The translations under genes and the position numbers were made by a program. Shown here one piece after another: positions 11,302 through 23,979 of a stretch of 64,000 nucleotides of DNA. The notes below the pieces were generated by a model. The model worked only from the letters and a program-made list of their open reading frames with translations. It was not told the DNA's origin and searched no databases. Where the stretch lies: positions 136,402,001 to 136,466,000 of the forward strand of contig NC_058368.1 in assembly GCF_018350175.1 (NCBI RefSeq), written 5' to 3'. The first letter of the stretch is position 1, and each line of letters begins with the position of its first letter. The stretch is from Felis catus (lineage: Eukaryota).

Positions 11302-12929
11302 GCAGCCTGCTCAACCCCCCAGCACTGGCAGCATCCAACATGGCATCCTTTCCTGTTCTGGTAGCCAGAAAGCTGTAATTATGTGGATTCTGAGTTGGAA
11401 GGCAGGATGGTTATTTAGAGGGACTCCCTCAAAATATTGTTAATATAGCATTGTGTAATCATAGTAGTATTGATGCATGTATCATGGAGGGTTTTTTTTT
11501 CCTTCTAATTTCTTTTTCTCCCCCTCCAAATAAACATTTTCTCCCATCTGTGTGGGCAACTGTGTATATACAAATAATCATTTTATCTCAAACCCACCAC
11601 AGTATGAGCCAAGATATTGTCAAATATTAAACAAACACAATATGAGAAACATCGCCTCCCCCACCGAGATGCTGTAAACTACCGTTTAAGTGACAGGAGA
11701 GGTGCCAGTTTCTTTGGGAATGCTTTCTTACTCATTGTGAGAGCGTCACTTCCTAAGAGCATGTGGCACTGAAGGATTTACTCAGTCTTTGTAATGGCTA
11801 TGGAATGGCTATATGGCACATGCTATTCCCATTAATGTCCGCTGAGATTCAGAGATAGTTGGGAGGCAGAGTATTTCCAGCTTGCGTTAGTAATGTGCTT
11901 TTATAAGATGGACAGCTGTAGAATAAGGGTGGCATTAGCGATTTCATTTAGGAAGACATCCAAATCTGCTTTTAGGAGCCCTCTACCTCGTATGTTGCCT
12001 CTAATAATGAGTGATGATCCTTGAAACCCCAGATATTGGCAACTATGCGGGGTCCTTCTAAGAGAGGAGAGTGTTTTAATTGGGTTTAGTGATTCACGTT
12101 TTTCAAGGTGAGTTTCCCCAGCCCTGGGGATATGGGATGATGTGCGAGGCATTTGGCAAAGCACAGGACAGATGTGGCATATATTCTTCCAGGGTCATAT
12201 CTGCTCCTTGGACAATATAACACATTGTTATTGGGTTCTTATCAGTAAATCTGGAATCGAAGGAACATTCACACTAATTTTAAGATAAAGTGCAAGTCTT
12301 CAGTGAAGCGTTTTGCTTGTGATGGGCTGCTTCACTTTATATCTTGCAGACATTCTGGAGCCACGTGTTTTCTCTCTCCTGCCTTCGGAAGAAATAGTAA
12401 ATAGAAAGGAAGAAATTTGAGAAGCACTAACCAATTAGCATGGATTTATTTAACATTAGCACCCACCTGTTACCTATAGTAGAGCTAACACTGGCCATGA
12501 ACCGTAGGACTAGTGCATTTTGAGTGGCCAGTTGGTGTTTAGAGCGATGAGGCCTTGTGAGGCCCTAACAGGGCACCAAATTGGGAGTTTTTGGACGGAA
12601 GAGGGATGGCACCAGGGCACTGGCTGCCTCCTGATGGTCAGAGGCACCATATATTTTACCGTTTTCCCATGAAATACCTGGGACCCTTCTTGGTCTCCAG
12701 ACTTCTTCCCCTGATATTTTTTCTCCTTAGCCTGGTTACTTCCTTACTTAAATCACTCCTGATCTGCACAGGGGTCCACACCACCTGAAATGTGAATACT
12801 TGGCATTTGGACTCCTCCATTCTAGATCCTACTCATTCAGGACCATCTTGCTTAGGTCCCACCCCTTCAGATCAGAGATGGTTTGGATCCTCTGGTACAC
12901 ATTCTTAAGCCTTCCCGGGCTTCTCACCT

Positions 12930-13450
12930 GAACTCCTTACCTTGGCTTTTATGGCTCTTCATGGTCTGGCTCTTGGCTTCTCTTCATTTCCCATTCTCCA
13001 GGCCCCCGTCGTGATTCAGCCACACTGGTGTTCGCGCCGCTCCTCAAACGTTTCGAGTCATTCCTATCTCAGGGCCTTGTCTTGCTGTTGGTTCTTCCAG
13101 GAGCGCTCTCCTAATACCAGTTTGGGTTGCCGCCTCACATCTTCCACGCCCGCCCACCAATGTGACTTGATGGGCGAGACCCCTTCCCAAATTACCTTCT
13201 TGACGTGGCCCCCTGTCACTCGTTATCACTTTATCTTGATTTTCTTGATTTTCTTGATTTCTTGATTTTCTTCAGAGTCCTGATCACTACCTGCCATGTC
13301 ATGTATTTATACATTCATCTATCTGCCTTCCCCTTTCCCTCCGCCAGACCATAAAATCCATTAGGGTGGGGCCATTATCTTGTTCAACGCTGTATCACCA
13401 GAACCGCAAATAGTGCCTGGCTTACAGTGAGTGCTCAAAACAAATTTGTC
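12930..13450 (+). mobile_element. L2 LINE 3' fragment
   Basis: L2 3' signatures (CTCAGGGCCTT..., ...TAGTGCCTGGC..AGTGAGTGCTCAA); internal (TTGATTTTC)x4 at ~13236-13272. Confidence 0.75.
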
Positions 13451-13679
13451 GTACGGGTGGCTCAGCTCTGCCATTTTACAGATCTGAGCACTGAGGTCCA
13501 GGGATGTATATAAGGCCAGGGGTTAGTGAGTGGGAGAACTGGCGGGCTTCTTCTCTGATGGCCCCCATGAGGCTGACCATTTCCATTTCTGAGCATGATA
13601 GTGCCCACTCTCTGTACCTCTCCATCTCACAACTGACTGTGTCTTGCCTTGTCTTATTCTTAAGTTGCTTCATATGTGG

Positions 13680-13802
13680 GTCGTGTCTCCATAACTAGAA
13701 TATAAGCACCTTGAAGGCAGGCACAGTGACCTTTTCTTGTATTTACGGTGTGTAGCACCGTGTCAGGAACCCAAAAGATGGTTAATGAATGATTATTGAA
13801 TT
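13680..13802 (+). mobile_element. L2 3'-end fragment
   Basis: ACTAGAATATAAGCACCTTGAAGGCAGG...TTAATGAATG. Confidence 0.6.
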
Positions 13803-14498
13803 CTTACTTTTTTTTTTTTTAAAAAGAAGTGTTATCTGGAAAATGTATGCAATTGATATATTGAGGCTAATGGGTCGTTTTTTAGAGTCAGGAATCCTGA
13901 ATGCTTTCTGTGATTTTTAAAAGGCTGTCTCTTTACTCCTGACTCTCATAGTTCTATAAATTTTGGGAAGAGCAAAAGATACGTTTCCTCTTTTGGCATT
14001 TAACATCAAAAAGAAATATTTGCTTTAGCAAGATGCGGTAAAGCAAGGATCCCCAGGGACCACAGAGCTGTTGCCAGCACTGGGTTTTAGAAACGGCTCG
14101 CTAGTTTTATTACCAGTTAATGGCATTTGTAGTGGTGCTTTGGCAAATAACCATGAGAAATCAATTGTCAGGCATGGATGGTGTGAGAAAAGTACTGTCA
14201 GTCTCTTGAAAACTCGCTGGGAATGAGGACTATGGGTCAGTAACTGCGTCAAGTGCGTGAAGACTAAGGCAAAGGGTTTACCCTGGGTGCGTGCTGTTCA
14301 AGAAGGAGGAAGATTTGGTGGTGCCTGATGCTAATGCACCTCTTCTTCTCACCACGTACACAGTCACTCAGGAGGGCTCTGAGCAGCACCTTCTTTATCT
14401 GGCAGAATTATCCCATTTCATTCATCCTGCAAATATAAGGAGTGTTTTCAGCAGTGCCTGAGAAAATCCTGAGTCCTGGGTCTGAAAGATACTTCATT

Positions 14499-14710
14499 AT
14501 AGTGGTTAAGAGGAGATGTGTGTTTGAACCCTGCCTCTACCAGTTACTTGCTCTAAGATCTTGGGCAAGTTATTTAAGCTCTCTCTAAGCATGTTTTCTT
14601 CTCTGTTAAATGGAAATAAAAAATGGTACCAAACGCGTGGGTTGTTGTGTAAGTGAGGAGCTATAGGTGAAGTGCTTATCACATTATCTGACGAACAGGA
14701 AGGGGTCAAA
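14499..14710 (+). mobile_element. MIR SINE
   Basis: AGTGGTTAAGAG..., core CTTGGGCAAGTTATTTAAGCTCTCT..CTGTTAAATGG. Confidence 0.8.
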
Positions 14711-14727
14711 GCACTTTATTTTTTTAT

Positions 14728-14944
14728 GGTTATTTTTTAAAATGCTTTTATTATTTATTTTTGAGAGAGAGACAGAGTGCGAGTGGGGTAGGGGCAGAGA
14801 GAGAGGGAGACACAGAATCTGATGCAGGCTCCAGGCTCTGAGCTGTCAGCACAGAGCCCAACATGGGACTCAAACCCATGAACTGTGAGATCATGACCTG
14901 AGCTGAAGTCGGATGCTTAACGGACTGAGCCACCCAGGTGCCCC
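14728..14944 (-). mobile_element. CanSINE (A of triple cluster)
   Basis: TSD TTTATTTTTTTAT (14715-14727, 14945-14957). Confidence 0.93.
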
Positions 14945-14957
14945 TTTATTTTTTTAT

Positions 14958-15188
14958 TTTTATTTTTTTAAATGTTTATTTTGAGAGACAGAGAGAGAGA
15001 GAGAGAAAGAGAGAGAGCACCTGTGCAAGTGGGGGAGAGGCAGAGAGGGAGAGAGAGAGCATCCCAAGGAGGCCCCATGCTGTCACCACAGGGCCCAACG
15101 TGGGGCTTGATCTCACAGACTGTGAAAGCATTACCTGAGCCAAAATCATGAGTTAGATACTCAACCAACTGGGCCACCCAGGCGCCCC
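14958..15188 (-). mobile_element. CanSINE (B of triple cluster)
   Basis: Reverse SINE ending CCACCCAGGCGCCCC. Confidence 0.93.
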
Positions 15189-15199
15189 TAAAAGCATTT

Positions 15200-15273
15200 G
15201 ATTTGTTTAATTAAAATTTGTAACATTTACTTACTTTTGAGAGACAGAGACAGAGTGCAAGTGGGGGTGGGGC

Positions 15274-15330
<57 letters not shown>

Positions 15331-15447
15331 CAGAATCCCAAGCAGGTTCCAGGTTCTGAGCCCGATGCAGGGCTTGAACTCATGAACCATGAGATCATGA
15401 CCTGAGCTGAAGTGGGTTCCTTAACTGACTGAGCCACTCAGGTCCCT
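15200..15447 (-). mobile_element. CanSINE (C of triple cluster) with long (GA)n and small internal deletion
   Basis: TSD AAAGCATTT (15191-15199, 15449-15457). Confidence 0.92.
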
Positions 15448-16335
15448 CAAAGCATTTTAAATAAGTAAATACATGTGCTTGAGTAAAGAAGGGAGGAACC
15501 AGTCCAGCCAGTAGTTTTCCTGTCCTCCCAAACTATCCTGCTTATTTCTACCCCAGCTCCCCCTGCCCCCAACTTCCCTAAGAAACGAGTCACAATTCTT
15601 TGGGATACTGGTTCACTCCTCAGTCAGCAACCCAGCAGAATTATTTTTCCTAGCCATTTCAGGCTCTGTGCTTGTGGATACCAAGTTACCTGGATCGGAG
15701 GTGAGTACAGAGCTAGGTGAAAACTGTTGAAGCGACCCAGGCCAGGAAGCCACCTGCCCTCACCAAATCTTTGGGGAGCGAAAGTGGCCCTGATGCCAAG
15801 GGTGGCCGTCCGTTCCTTCTCCAGGGAGAGCAAGACCCCAAACTGAGGCTTACCGTGAGATTCTGGGTACTGAGGCAAACTGAGATTTGCAGTTCTGAAG
15901 TGAGCTGGGAGCCCAGCTCTTTGAGGGTCAATTTCACGCATGATTTCTTTGCGTAAAGTATCCACAGCGAGCGGAAGTATTGGAGAATGTAAATTTGGGC
16001 AGAGGACGATCCTCTTTTAAGATTGGGCGCATTGGTTGCAGGGCTAAGCACTGGCCCACTGACAATAAATACGCTGCCTCTGATCTCTGGGTTCCTTGTT
16101 GGTTGACAAGCTCTTACAGAAACAAAGGAAGTGGTGGCCTAACAGGGACTGTCCCTTGTGGGGACCGTAAGTAGCTGGGACTGTTACCATCTGCTCATCT
16201 CAATTCAAATATTTAACAGGAGGTTGAAAACACAGAAGTTACTATGAAATTACCAGTTTATCTCCTGAACTGAATTTCTGTCGAGGAGGGGGAGGGGTCC
16301 CTTGTGGTAAGCGTCTGTTTTTCAGTTTTGGAGAC

Positions 16336-16354
16336 TGCCAGGAGATGGCGCTAG
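16336..16354 (+). promoter_or_regulatory. Candidate CTCF site
   Basis: TGCCAGGAGATGGCGCTAG, close to the CTCF core, CpG retained, in a locally CpG-richer unique segment. Confidence 0.55.
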
Positions 16355-16889
16355 GGCTTGGTTCTTAATGAATCCTTGGCGCTCAAAGAAAAGAAAATGC
16401 TTGGTGTAGTCTTTTGACAAAACCTTTCTTTCTCGGGAAATCTGAACAGAAACCCTGGCCTTGGCATTCCTCGGGTTAAATGCTCATCTCTTTTCATTTG
16501 GCAAAGAATTGAGTTTCTTGTCATGGTGCCCTACATTTTCAGTTAGAGAATCTCCATCATTGGATCTTGCTGCTTCTGGTGTTGTCTCGGAATATTTGCT
16601 AACGAAAAACAGAATCAAGCTTGGGGATTTTAAATGAATAAGATTAGAACTTTCCAGTAGGTTGCATGAAAAAAATACTAGAGATCGTGTTATTTGGAAA
16701 AGAGTAGGTGTTTTGGAGTATACCTTTTTTTTTTTTTCCTTTTTAGATCCTTTTCACTAAATCTGCTGCAGTTAGCTCAGAAGCCAATATAGCTGATGCA
16801 AGAGATTCCAGCACTTTCTACCAGGCAGTGTTTATACTTCAGGGCTGATTTCCTACCAAGATTAATAAAAATAACCACCACAACATAAA

Positions 16890-17095
16890 AACTGCTTTAT
16901 GGGCTTGCTTCCTGCATGCCACTGCTGGTGCTGAGCACGAGGCACTCATCCTATCATTTAATCCTTGTGATAATCTTCTGGAATACATACTCTATCATCA
17001 CATTCTTCAGGCCAGAAAATTGGAGCTTAGGTTCTATAATCTGCCCAAAGCCACTCAACTAGAGCAGGGGTTGAAATCCAGAAATATGATTCCAC
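16890..17095 (-). mobile_element. MIR fragment
   Basis: TCATTTAATCCTTGTGATAATC...AATCTGCCCAAAGCCACTCAACTAG..GGGTTGAAATCCAG. Confidence 0.65.
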
Positions 17096-17329
17096 GTCCT
17101 CATGTTGGACCACTGTGCCCACTGAAGCAGAGACTGTGGGGGATAACTGGGCACCCTGGAGGGAGTGCTCAGTGGTTCCAGGGAGCTCAGTGGGCTGAGA
17201 GCACACAGGTATAGAGGTGTGGGAGTCAGCACTGAGCCACATCACATGGTTTCTTGCATCCGGGGACACAGGATTCAAGCTTCTGAGACCTGCACAATCT
17301 GACCTCTGCTTCCCTCCCCTCTCCTGCCT

Positions 17330-17765
17330 GATTGCCACCCTTCAGGTACTTTTCTTTTTCCGTAATTTGCTAAGCCCATTTCTACCTCAGGGCCTTTGCA
17401 CCTGCTGATCTTCTGCCTGGAGTTCTCTTCCCTCAAATCCTCACAGGGCTGGCTGTTTTTTCTCAGGGTCCAGTGTAGATATGACCTCCTTAGACAGCGC
17501 TTTCTTGCCACATGATCTGATAAGGCTCCTCAGGTCTTTCTTATCCTATCACTCTCTTTCATCCTTTTCCTTGCCCTTGTGATGATCTCTGTGTTCTCAA
17601 TTCATTAGCTGGTTTGTTTACCTGGATATTATGTTTTCCCTCTCATTAGAATGTAAGCTCTATGAGATAGGGATCCTGACAGTCTGGTTCATTGCTGTAT
17701 TCCTAGAACCTAGAACACTCCCAACACAGAGGAGGTGACTAATAAATATTTATTAACTGAACATG
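17330..17765 (+). mobile_element. L2 3' fragment
   Basis: CCTCAGGGCCTTTGCACCTGCTG...TAGAATGTAAGCTC...AATAAATATTT. Confidence 0.8.
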
Positions 17766-17908
17766 GTGGGAAGATGTGATAGTGATGGGATAGGTCATGG
17801 GAGGCGTGGTGTCACCCATCAGGAAGCTCCCAGTGTCATTGGAAAGTCCAGGCTGGCATGAAACATTTGATGATCAATCCCTGGCAAAAGTCAGGGAAGC
17901 CATATTTA

Positions 17909-18127
17909 TTTAAATTTTTTTTTTCAACGTTTATTTATTTTTGGGACAGAGAGAGACAGAGCATGGACGGGGGAGGGGCAGAGAGAGAAGGAGACACAGA
18001 ATAGGAAACAGGCTCCAGGCTCTGAGCCATCAGCCCAGAGCCCGACGCGGGGCTTGAACCCACAGACTGCGAGATCGTGACCTGGCTGAAGTCGGACGCT
18101 TAACCGACTGCGCCACCCAGGCGCCCC
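17909..18127 (-). mobile_element. Young feline CanSINE
   Basis: 15-bp TSD GGGAAGCCATATTTA (17894-17908, 18128-18142). Confidence 0.97.
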
Positions 18128-18144
18128 GGGAAGCCATATTTAAA

Positions 18145-18390
18145 GTAGTGGTTAAAAAACATAGACCTGGGGCTTAGCTGCCTGGGTTTACATCCTGACT
18201 CTGATACCCACTGGCTGTGTGACCTTGGCTAAATTATCTCGCTCTTTTGTGCCTCAGTTTCCTCATCGGTAGGTTGAATAATAATAATGATAATAATAGT
18301 AATGCCCACCTCATGTGATTGTTATGAGGATTAAATGAGCTGATGGGCGTGGTGTGCTTGGATGCTGCCTGGCAGAGCGCTCTACAAGTA
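18145..18390 (+). mobile_element. MIR
   Basis: GTAGTGGTTAA..GCTGTGTGACCTTGG..GTGCCTCAGTTTCCTCATC..GAGGATTAAATGAG. Confidence 0.88.
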
Positions 18391-20832
18391 ACTGTCAAAT
18401 ACATAAAAGCATAATCAAGCAAAAACCCTGTGACTGTAGAAATTTGGACAAAGGAAAATGTTAGTGTGGGGAAAGGCCCTGCTTCTTGGAGGAACCTGGA
18501 TTGGATTCGATTGTGTTTGGATTGAGGGAGACAGGGGAGTAGGAGGGAAAGTTTGCATTTGTTCTGGTCCCTAATTGCTGTGCAGATATAGATTCAAGAG
18601 GGGTTTTTTGAGCATGAGGAAAATGATTGACAGACATTCTCCCCCACCCCTCCATCACCTATCCCCCAAAGAATTCTAGGAATTCACTATATATAATGGG
18701 ATTTTTTTTAGAGCATTCATGTTGTTCGGATTTAGCACATAACAGTGATTCTCTTCAAAGTAAACAACCCATAGCCTCTTCCCCTCAAGCCAAGGTCCTA
18801 GATGAAGAACAGGCTCTGAAGTGAATCTCCGTTGGGTCTAGGATGATTCAACTTGGGAGAAATGCGAATTCCTTACTCTCTTCTCTTGATTAAGTTCAAG
18901 CGACGTGCACTGAGCACTAACTTTGTGCAAGGTAGATATGCAGAGTGTGGAGAGGGTGATAAACGACGACAATCCTGATGACATAAGGATCTGGAAGAAG
19001 TTTCAAAGTAATGGTGATCCAGAGCCTGGAGCACAGTGTGTAGGGTTTGGTTTTCCCAAAGGGGAAACCAAAATGGAAGCAGAGAGAGGAACAAGACAGA
19101 AACCACAGTCCCAGGTCAGGACTACATGGCACAGAGTAAAATGGGCTCACAGGCCCCAAGTGGAGGTGGCTCGGAGTGAGATGGAAGCATCTAATGATAG
19201 CAGCAACATTGACAGCAAAGCAGAATGTTCATTTTTGTATCAAAGAGGGTGACTTCTGGACGAGGGCTTTGTGCATTTTGAACAAGGTGGGAGAAAAATG
19301 GAAAGAAGCCTGTTCTCAGCTATAAAGTGGACCTCAAAGCTTTTCTATTGATCGAAGGGAAATAATTACGATGATATCAGGAGAAGAGTCAATGGACTGC
19401 CAACACAGAACTACAGGTCTGATTTATGAAATCTCACCCACTCCCAACACATGGCCTCAGGACACAGTGGCAAATAATAGCATTTAATTAAAACACATAA
19501 AGCAGAAGTGTCAATGACAGCATATGTCAAAATCAATAAAATGCTAATTTCTAAAGATTGTGTTTGCATGGGGTCTCAAAATTCCACAACAAAGAGCCTT
19601 TGTGGAAGGGAGCAGTCTTCCATTTCCTGTGGCTGCGATTATAGACCTGGGAGGTCCTCCAGCTCAAATCCCTATGCCAAGGATAAACTGAGGCCCAGAG
19701 AACTGATGGTTTCATAATAGAATTAGTAGTAGGATGATAATCTGACTTTCAGCCTGCGGTTTTTCATCCTCTCCACCCTCCCTCTTTGAATCCCAGAATT
19801 ATTGGCAAGAATGCCCTCCCTCACTTCACAGCAGATGCCTGGATACCACCCCATGTCCCAGCTGATGGAAGAAATCTACCCACAGGGGCACAGGTGCCTC
19901 TAAATCTTCTCATAACACATGACATCTTCCTTGCCTCACTGCATCTTGACAAAGGTTTTTAATTGGCAACCCGCAGTGTGACATTTCTAAGTAGAATTGC
20001 TTCTTTGTGCCTGTAGGTCCCCTCCCAGGCTCTTGGATTTTGGCAGAGCGCTCAAAACATCAGCCTTGCAATCCACTTTATCTTACTTGGAGGGCATTCT
20101 TGGAGGGCAAGAATGGTAAAGGAAACAAATTCTCTTTTAATTCATTTAGAACATAATTCAGTTTTGCAACAATACGATTTTCTTCCATCCAGGTGATATC
20201 ACTGGGTTAAATGCTAGTAATCCAAGTAGATTGTGTGGTTTTAGGATTGCATGGGGTTCCCATCACTTTCCAGCTCGCGGTCTGGAAAATTTGGGCATAG
20301 AGTACTGGAAACTCTGACTTTTCAAGACGTTGCTTGGCATTGATATCATTGACTAAAATGGAAAATGGGATATGCCTCAAGTCTTAATTGCCTTTGCATG
20401 CTTTGACTGGTGAGTCTTATCAAGGATCAACAGTGAAGAAAATAATATTTGGGTTTGTAGAAATGTGGGACTGAGCTGGGCATGGAAATTTTGACCCTAG
20501 GATGTCTGATTTCTTCTCACTCCCAGATTCCAGCTGAAAATGCTAACTTTGCCATTGCTCACAGAGAATGGGGATTCCTTCAGTGGAACATGATCTGTGC
20601 TTTTCTGGTTATTTGGTTCTCTACTGAATGCTCATGAATTCAGGTAGAGGGTGTCTCTGTGTGCAGGTAATTTTGTAACATGGACAAAGAGACCAGGAAC
20701 TGCTTGGCAAATCCTGCCCAAATTAGAGGTTCTCCCAAACTGTCTAAATGAAAGGGGCTCAGCAATACTGATCTGGTTCGAAGGTGGACAACTAGGGAGT
20801 TTGTTCTGTAGCAGAACTTGCATGGTACTTTA

Positions 20833-21063
20833 TTTTTCATTAAAAAAAATTTTTTTAACATTTATTCATTTTTGAGAGACAGAGAGAGACAGAGCACAAG
20901 CAGGGGAGGGGCAGAGAGAGAGAGGGAGATGTAAAATCCAAAGCAGGCTCCAGGTTCTGAGCTGTCAACAGAGAGCCTGACACAGGACTCGAACTCACAA
21001 ACTGCGAGATCATGACCTGAGCCGAAGCTGGACGCTTCACTGACTGCGCCACCCAGGCGCCCC
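20833..21063 (-). mobile_element. CanSINE
   Basis: TSD TGC(A/G)TGGTACTTTA (20819-20832, 21064-21077). Confidence 0.95.
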
Positions 21064-21091
21064 TGCGTGGTACTTTAAAATGCCATTTATT

Positions 21092-21319
21092 GGGGCGCCT
21101 GGGTGGCTCAGTCGGTTAAGCGTCCGACTTCGGCTCAGGTCGTGATCTCGCGGTCCGTGAGTTCGAGCCCCGCGTCGGGCTCTGGGCTGGTGGCTCAGAG
21201 CCTGGAGCCTGTTTCCGATTCTGTGTCTTCCTCTCTCTCTGCCCCTCCCCCGTTCGTGCTCTGTCTCTCTCTGTCCCCCCAAAAATAAATAAACGTTGGA
21301 AAAAAAAATTAAAAAAAAA
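21092..21319 (+). mobile_element. Young CpG-rich CanSINE, no TSD visible
   Basis: Full-length SINE; 5' flank AAAATGCCATTTATT is not repeated after the A-tail. Confidence 0.95.
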
Positions 21320-22164
21320 CCTGTGTGTTTGACACTACACCACCCTGCCTTTCATTTACAATCATATTATCTGTTACTTAGATTATGTACTTGTTTACGG
21401 TGGCTGACAGAGATCATGGGTCTGGGATAGTTCCTGCACCCAAACCGCTTGCCTGAACGTTCATAGCAGCAGGTGTTTACTCTGAAACGCTTTGTCTATA
21501 ACTGAAAACAGGATGAATCCAAAGCAGTCTGTGAACTGAGAACCCACTGGAGCTACTGGAGATGCAAGCAAACAAAAAATTTAAATGTCCAAATCCGACT
21601 GCCTGGAAATTAGCTCGTAGCACAGGTGCTGTCTATGTAAGAGGTAAAATCTAGCTGGCAGGGAATCTGGTGGTAGAGGAAAGCAGGAATTCTCACTGTC
21701 TATAAAAAACGATTTTTCCGTATTTGCCACAAGGTAAGACATATGAAGTGTTTTGAGGAGACCTCACAGGTATCTTGTTCAGGAGAATTCGAAAGACTAA
21801 ACGAGGCTGTCTTTGTTATCACTCTAACAGTATTGGAGTGAAGAGCATGCGTGTGGCTAGTGCTGGAGAGAAGTCACCAGTGGGTGAAGAGGATCAGCTG
21901 AACAACTTTTGATACCAGGAGAGCTGGTGAATCTGGAACTGGAGATCAACTTTAAGGGTGGTAACACCAAGTTAGGCGACTCATGGATTTAGTTGTATTT
22001 AAGTTCAAGGAGAGACCCCTTGGCTTAAGCAGTCATCGAAGAGTTGATTAGTGAGAAAAATACTGAATCCTACATTTGCCCCAGCTTTTTAATTATTAAA
22101 ATGGTACAGTCTAATTTAAAGAAATTTACACAGAAGAAACTCCTTCATTTGTTCTACAAATACA

Positions 22165-22390
22165 TATTTTTTAATTTTTTTAAAGTCTATTTATTATTTG
22201 AGAGAGAGAGGGAGAGACCAGAGCATGAGTGGGGAAGGGACAGAGAGAGCGGGAGACACAAAGTCTGAAGCAGGCTCCAGGCTTGGATCTGTCAGCACAG
22301 AGCCCAATGCCAGGCTCGAACTCATGGACCGCAAGATCATGACCTGAGCTGAAGTCAGATGCTTAACTGACTGAGCCACCCAGGTGCCCC
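22165..22390 (-). mobile_element. CanSINE (inserted at the tail/TSD of the next SINE)
   Basis: Reverse SINE; ACAAATA-T-rich flanks at ~22156 and 22392. Confidence 0.93.
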
Positions 22391-22397
22391 CACAAAT

Positions 22398-22588
22398 ATT
22401 TTTTTAAACATTTATTTATTTTTGAGAGAGAAAGAGAGCACAAATGGGGGAAGGGCAGAGAGAGGGAGCCTGAGGATCGGAGGCAGGCTCTATGCTGATA
22501 GCGGGGCTTGAATCCACAAACCATGAGTTCATGACCTGAGCTGAAATCAAGAGTCGGCCGCTCAACTGACGGAGCCACCCAAGCATCC
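22398..22588 (-). mobile_element. CanSINE (older)
   Basis: Outer TSD GTTCTACAAATA (22151-22162, 22592-22603). Confidence 0.9.
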
Positions 22589-22591
22589 AGC

Positions 22592-23931
22592 GTTCTACAA
22601 ATATTTTTGAAATATCTGCTATGTGGCAGACATGGTTTAGGTGCTTGGCAAAGAGCAGTGAGTGAAACAGACAAAAAGAGCTCCCTTGCAGAGCTCACAC
22701 TCCAGCAGGGGAGACAGAGATAGTGAATTTAACAACTGAGCACAGTGCACAACTGGTAAGTTGGAAGATGATAAGTACTATTGGAAAAACAGGAGAGGGA
22801 GAGGAGGAGAGGGAATGGGGGCTGGGGCAGGGGAAGCTTTCTAATTTGAAAGAGTGGTTGGGATAGGCCTCACTGAGAAGTGACAGTGGAACAGAGATTT
22901 GCAGGAGGTGAAGGAGTAGGTCTTTGGGACATCGATGGGGAAGATGTTTTAGGCAGAGGCAGTGGCCTGTGCAGGGGTCCCGGTGCCTGGAAGAGCGTGG
23001 GTGAGGGAGAGAAGAGCTCATGGTGAGATTAGAGAGATAATGGGGACCAGGTCACGAGTGAGATGGGGAGCCACTGGAAGGGTTTGATCGGGGGTGTCAG
23101 ATAACCTAGCTTTATATTTTCAAAGGATTACTCTCTGTGTGAAAAATAGACTGTGGGGGGCAGGGGTATAACCAGTGAGGCCGGGTAGGGGGCTCACACA
23201 GCGATCCAGGTGAGAGGAGATGGTAGTGGCTTGGACCAGACTGGTAGCACTAGGGATGGTGAGAAATGCTAGGATTCTGGGTAATCTCTGAGCCAACGTG
23301 GTTTTTGATGTACTAGATATTGGCTATAGAAGAAAAAGAAGAGTTAAAAGGTGGCTCCAAGTGTTTTCTCTTGAGCAGTTGCAAGAATGGCTTTGCCTTT
23401 GACTGTGATGGGGACTACTATAGGTAGAGGAGATTCTTGAGCGGCATACCGGTAGTTCAATTTTTTTATTTTATTTTATTTTATTTTATTTTATTTTATT
23501 TTATTTTATTTTATTTTATTTTATTTTAATTTTATTTTATTTTTTCCTTTTTTAATTTTATTTTTTATTTTTTAAAATTTACATCCAAATTAGCATATAG
23601 TACAACAATGATTTCAGAAGTAGATTCCTTAGTAACCCTTACCCATTAAGCCCATCCCCCCTCCCACAACCCCTCCAGTAACACACGGTTTGTTTTCCAT
23701 ATTTATGAGTCTCTTGTGTTTCGTCCCCCTCCCTGTTTTTATATTATTTTTGTTTCCCTTCCTTTATGTTCATCTGTTTTGTCTCTTAAAGTCCTCATAT
23801 GAGTGAAGTCATATGATTTTTGTCTTTCTCTGAGTGACTAACTTCACATAGCATAATAGCCTGTAGTTCCACCCATGTAGTTGCAAATGGCAAGATTTCA
23901 TTCTTTTTGATTGCTGAGTAATACTCCATAT

Positions 23932-23979
<48 letters not shown>

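Noticed and set aside
21540..21740. Strong donor AAG|GTAAGA at ~21733
   Set aside because: No convincing paired acceptor or recognisable reading frame upstream
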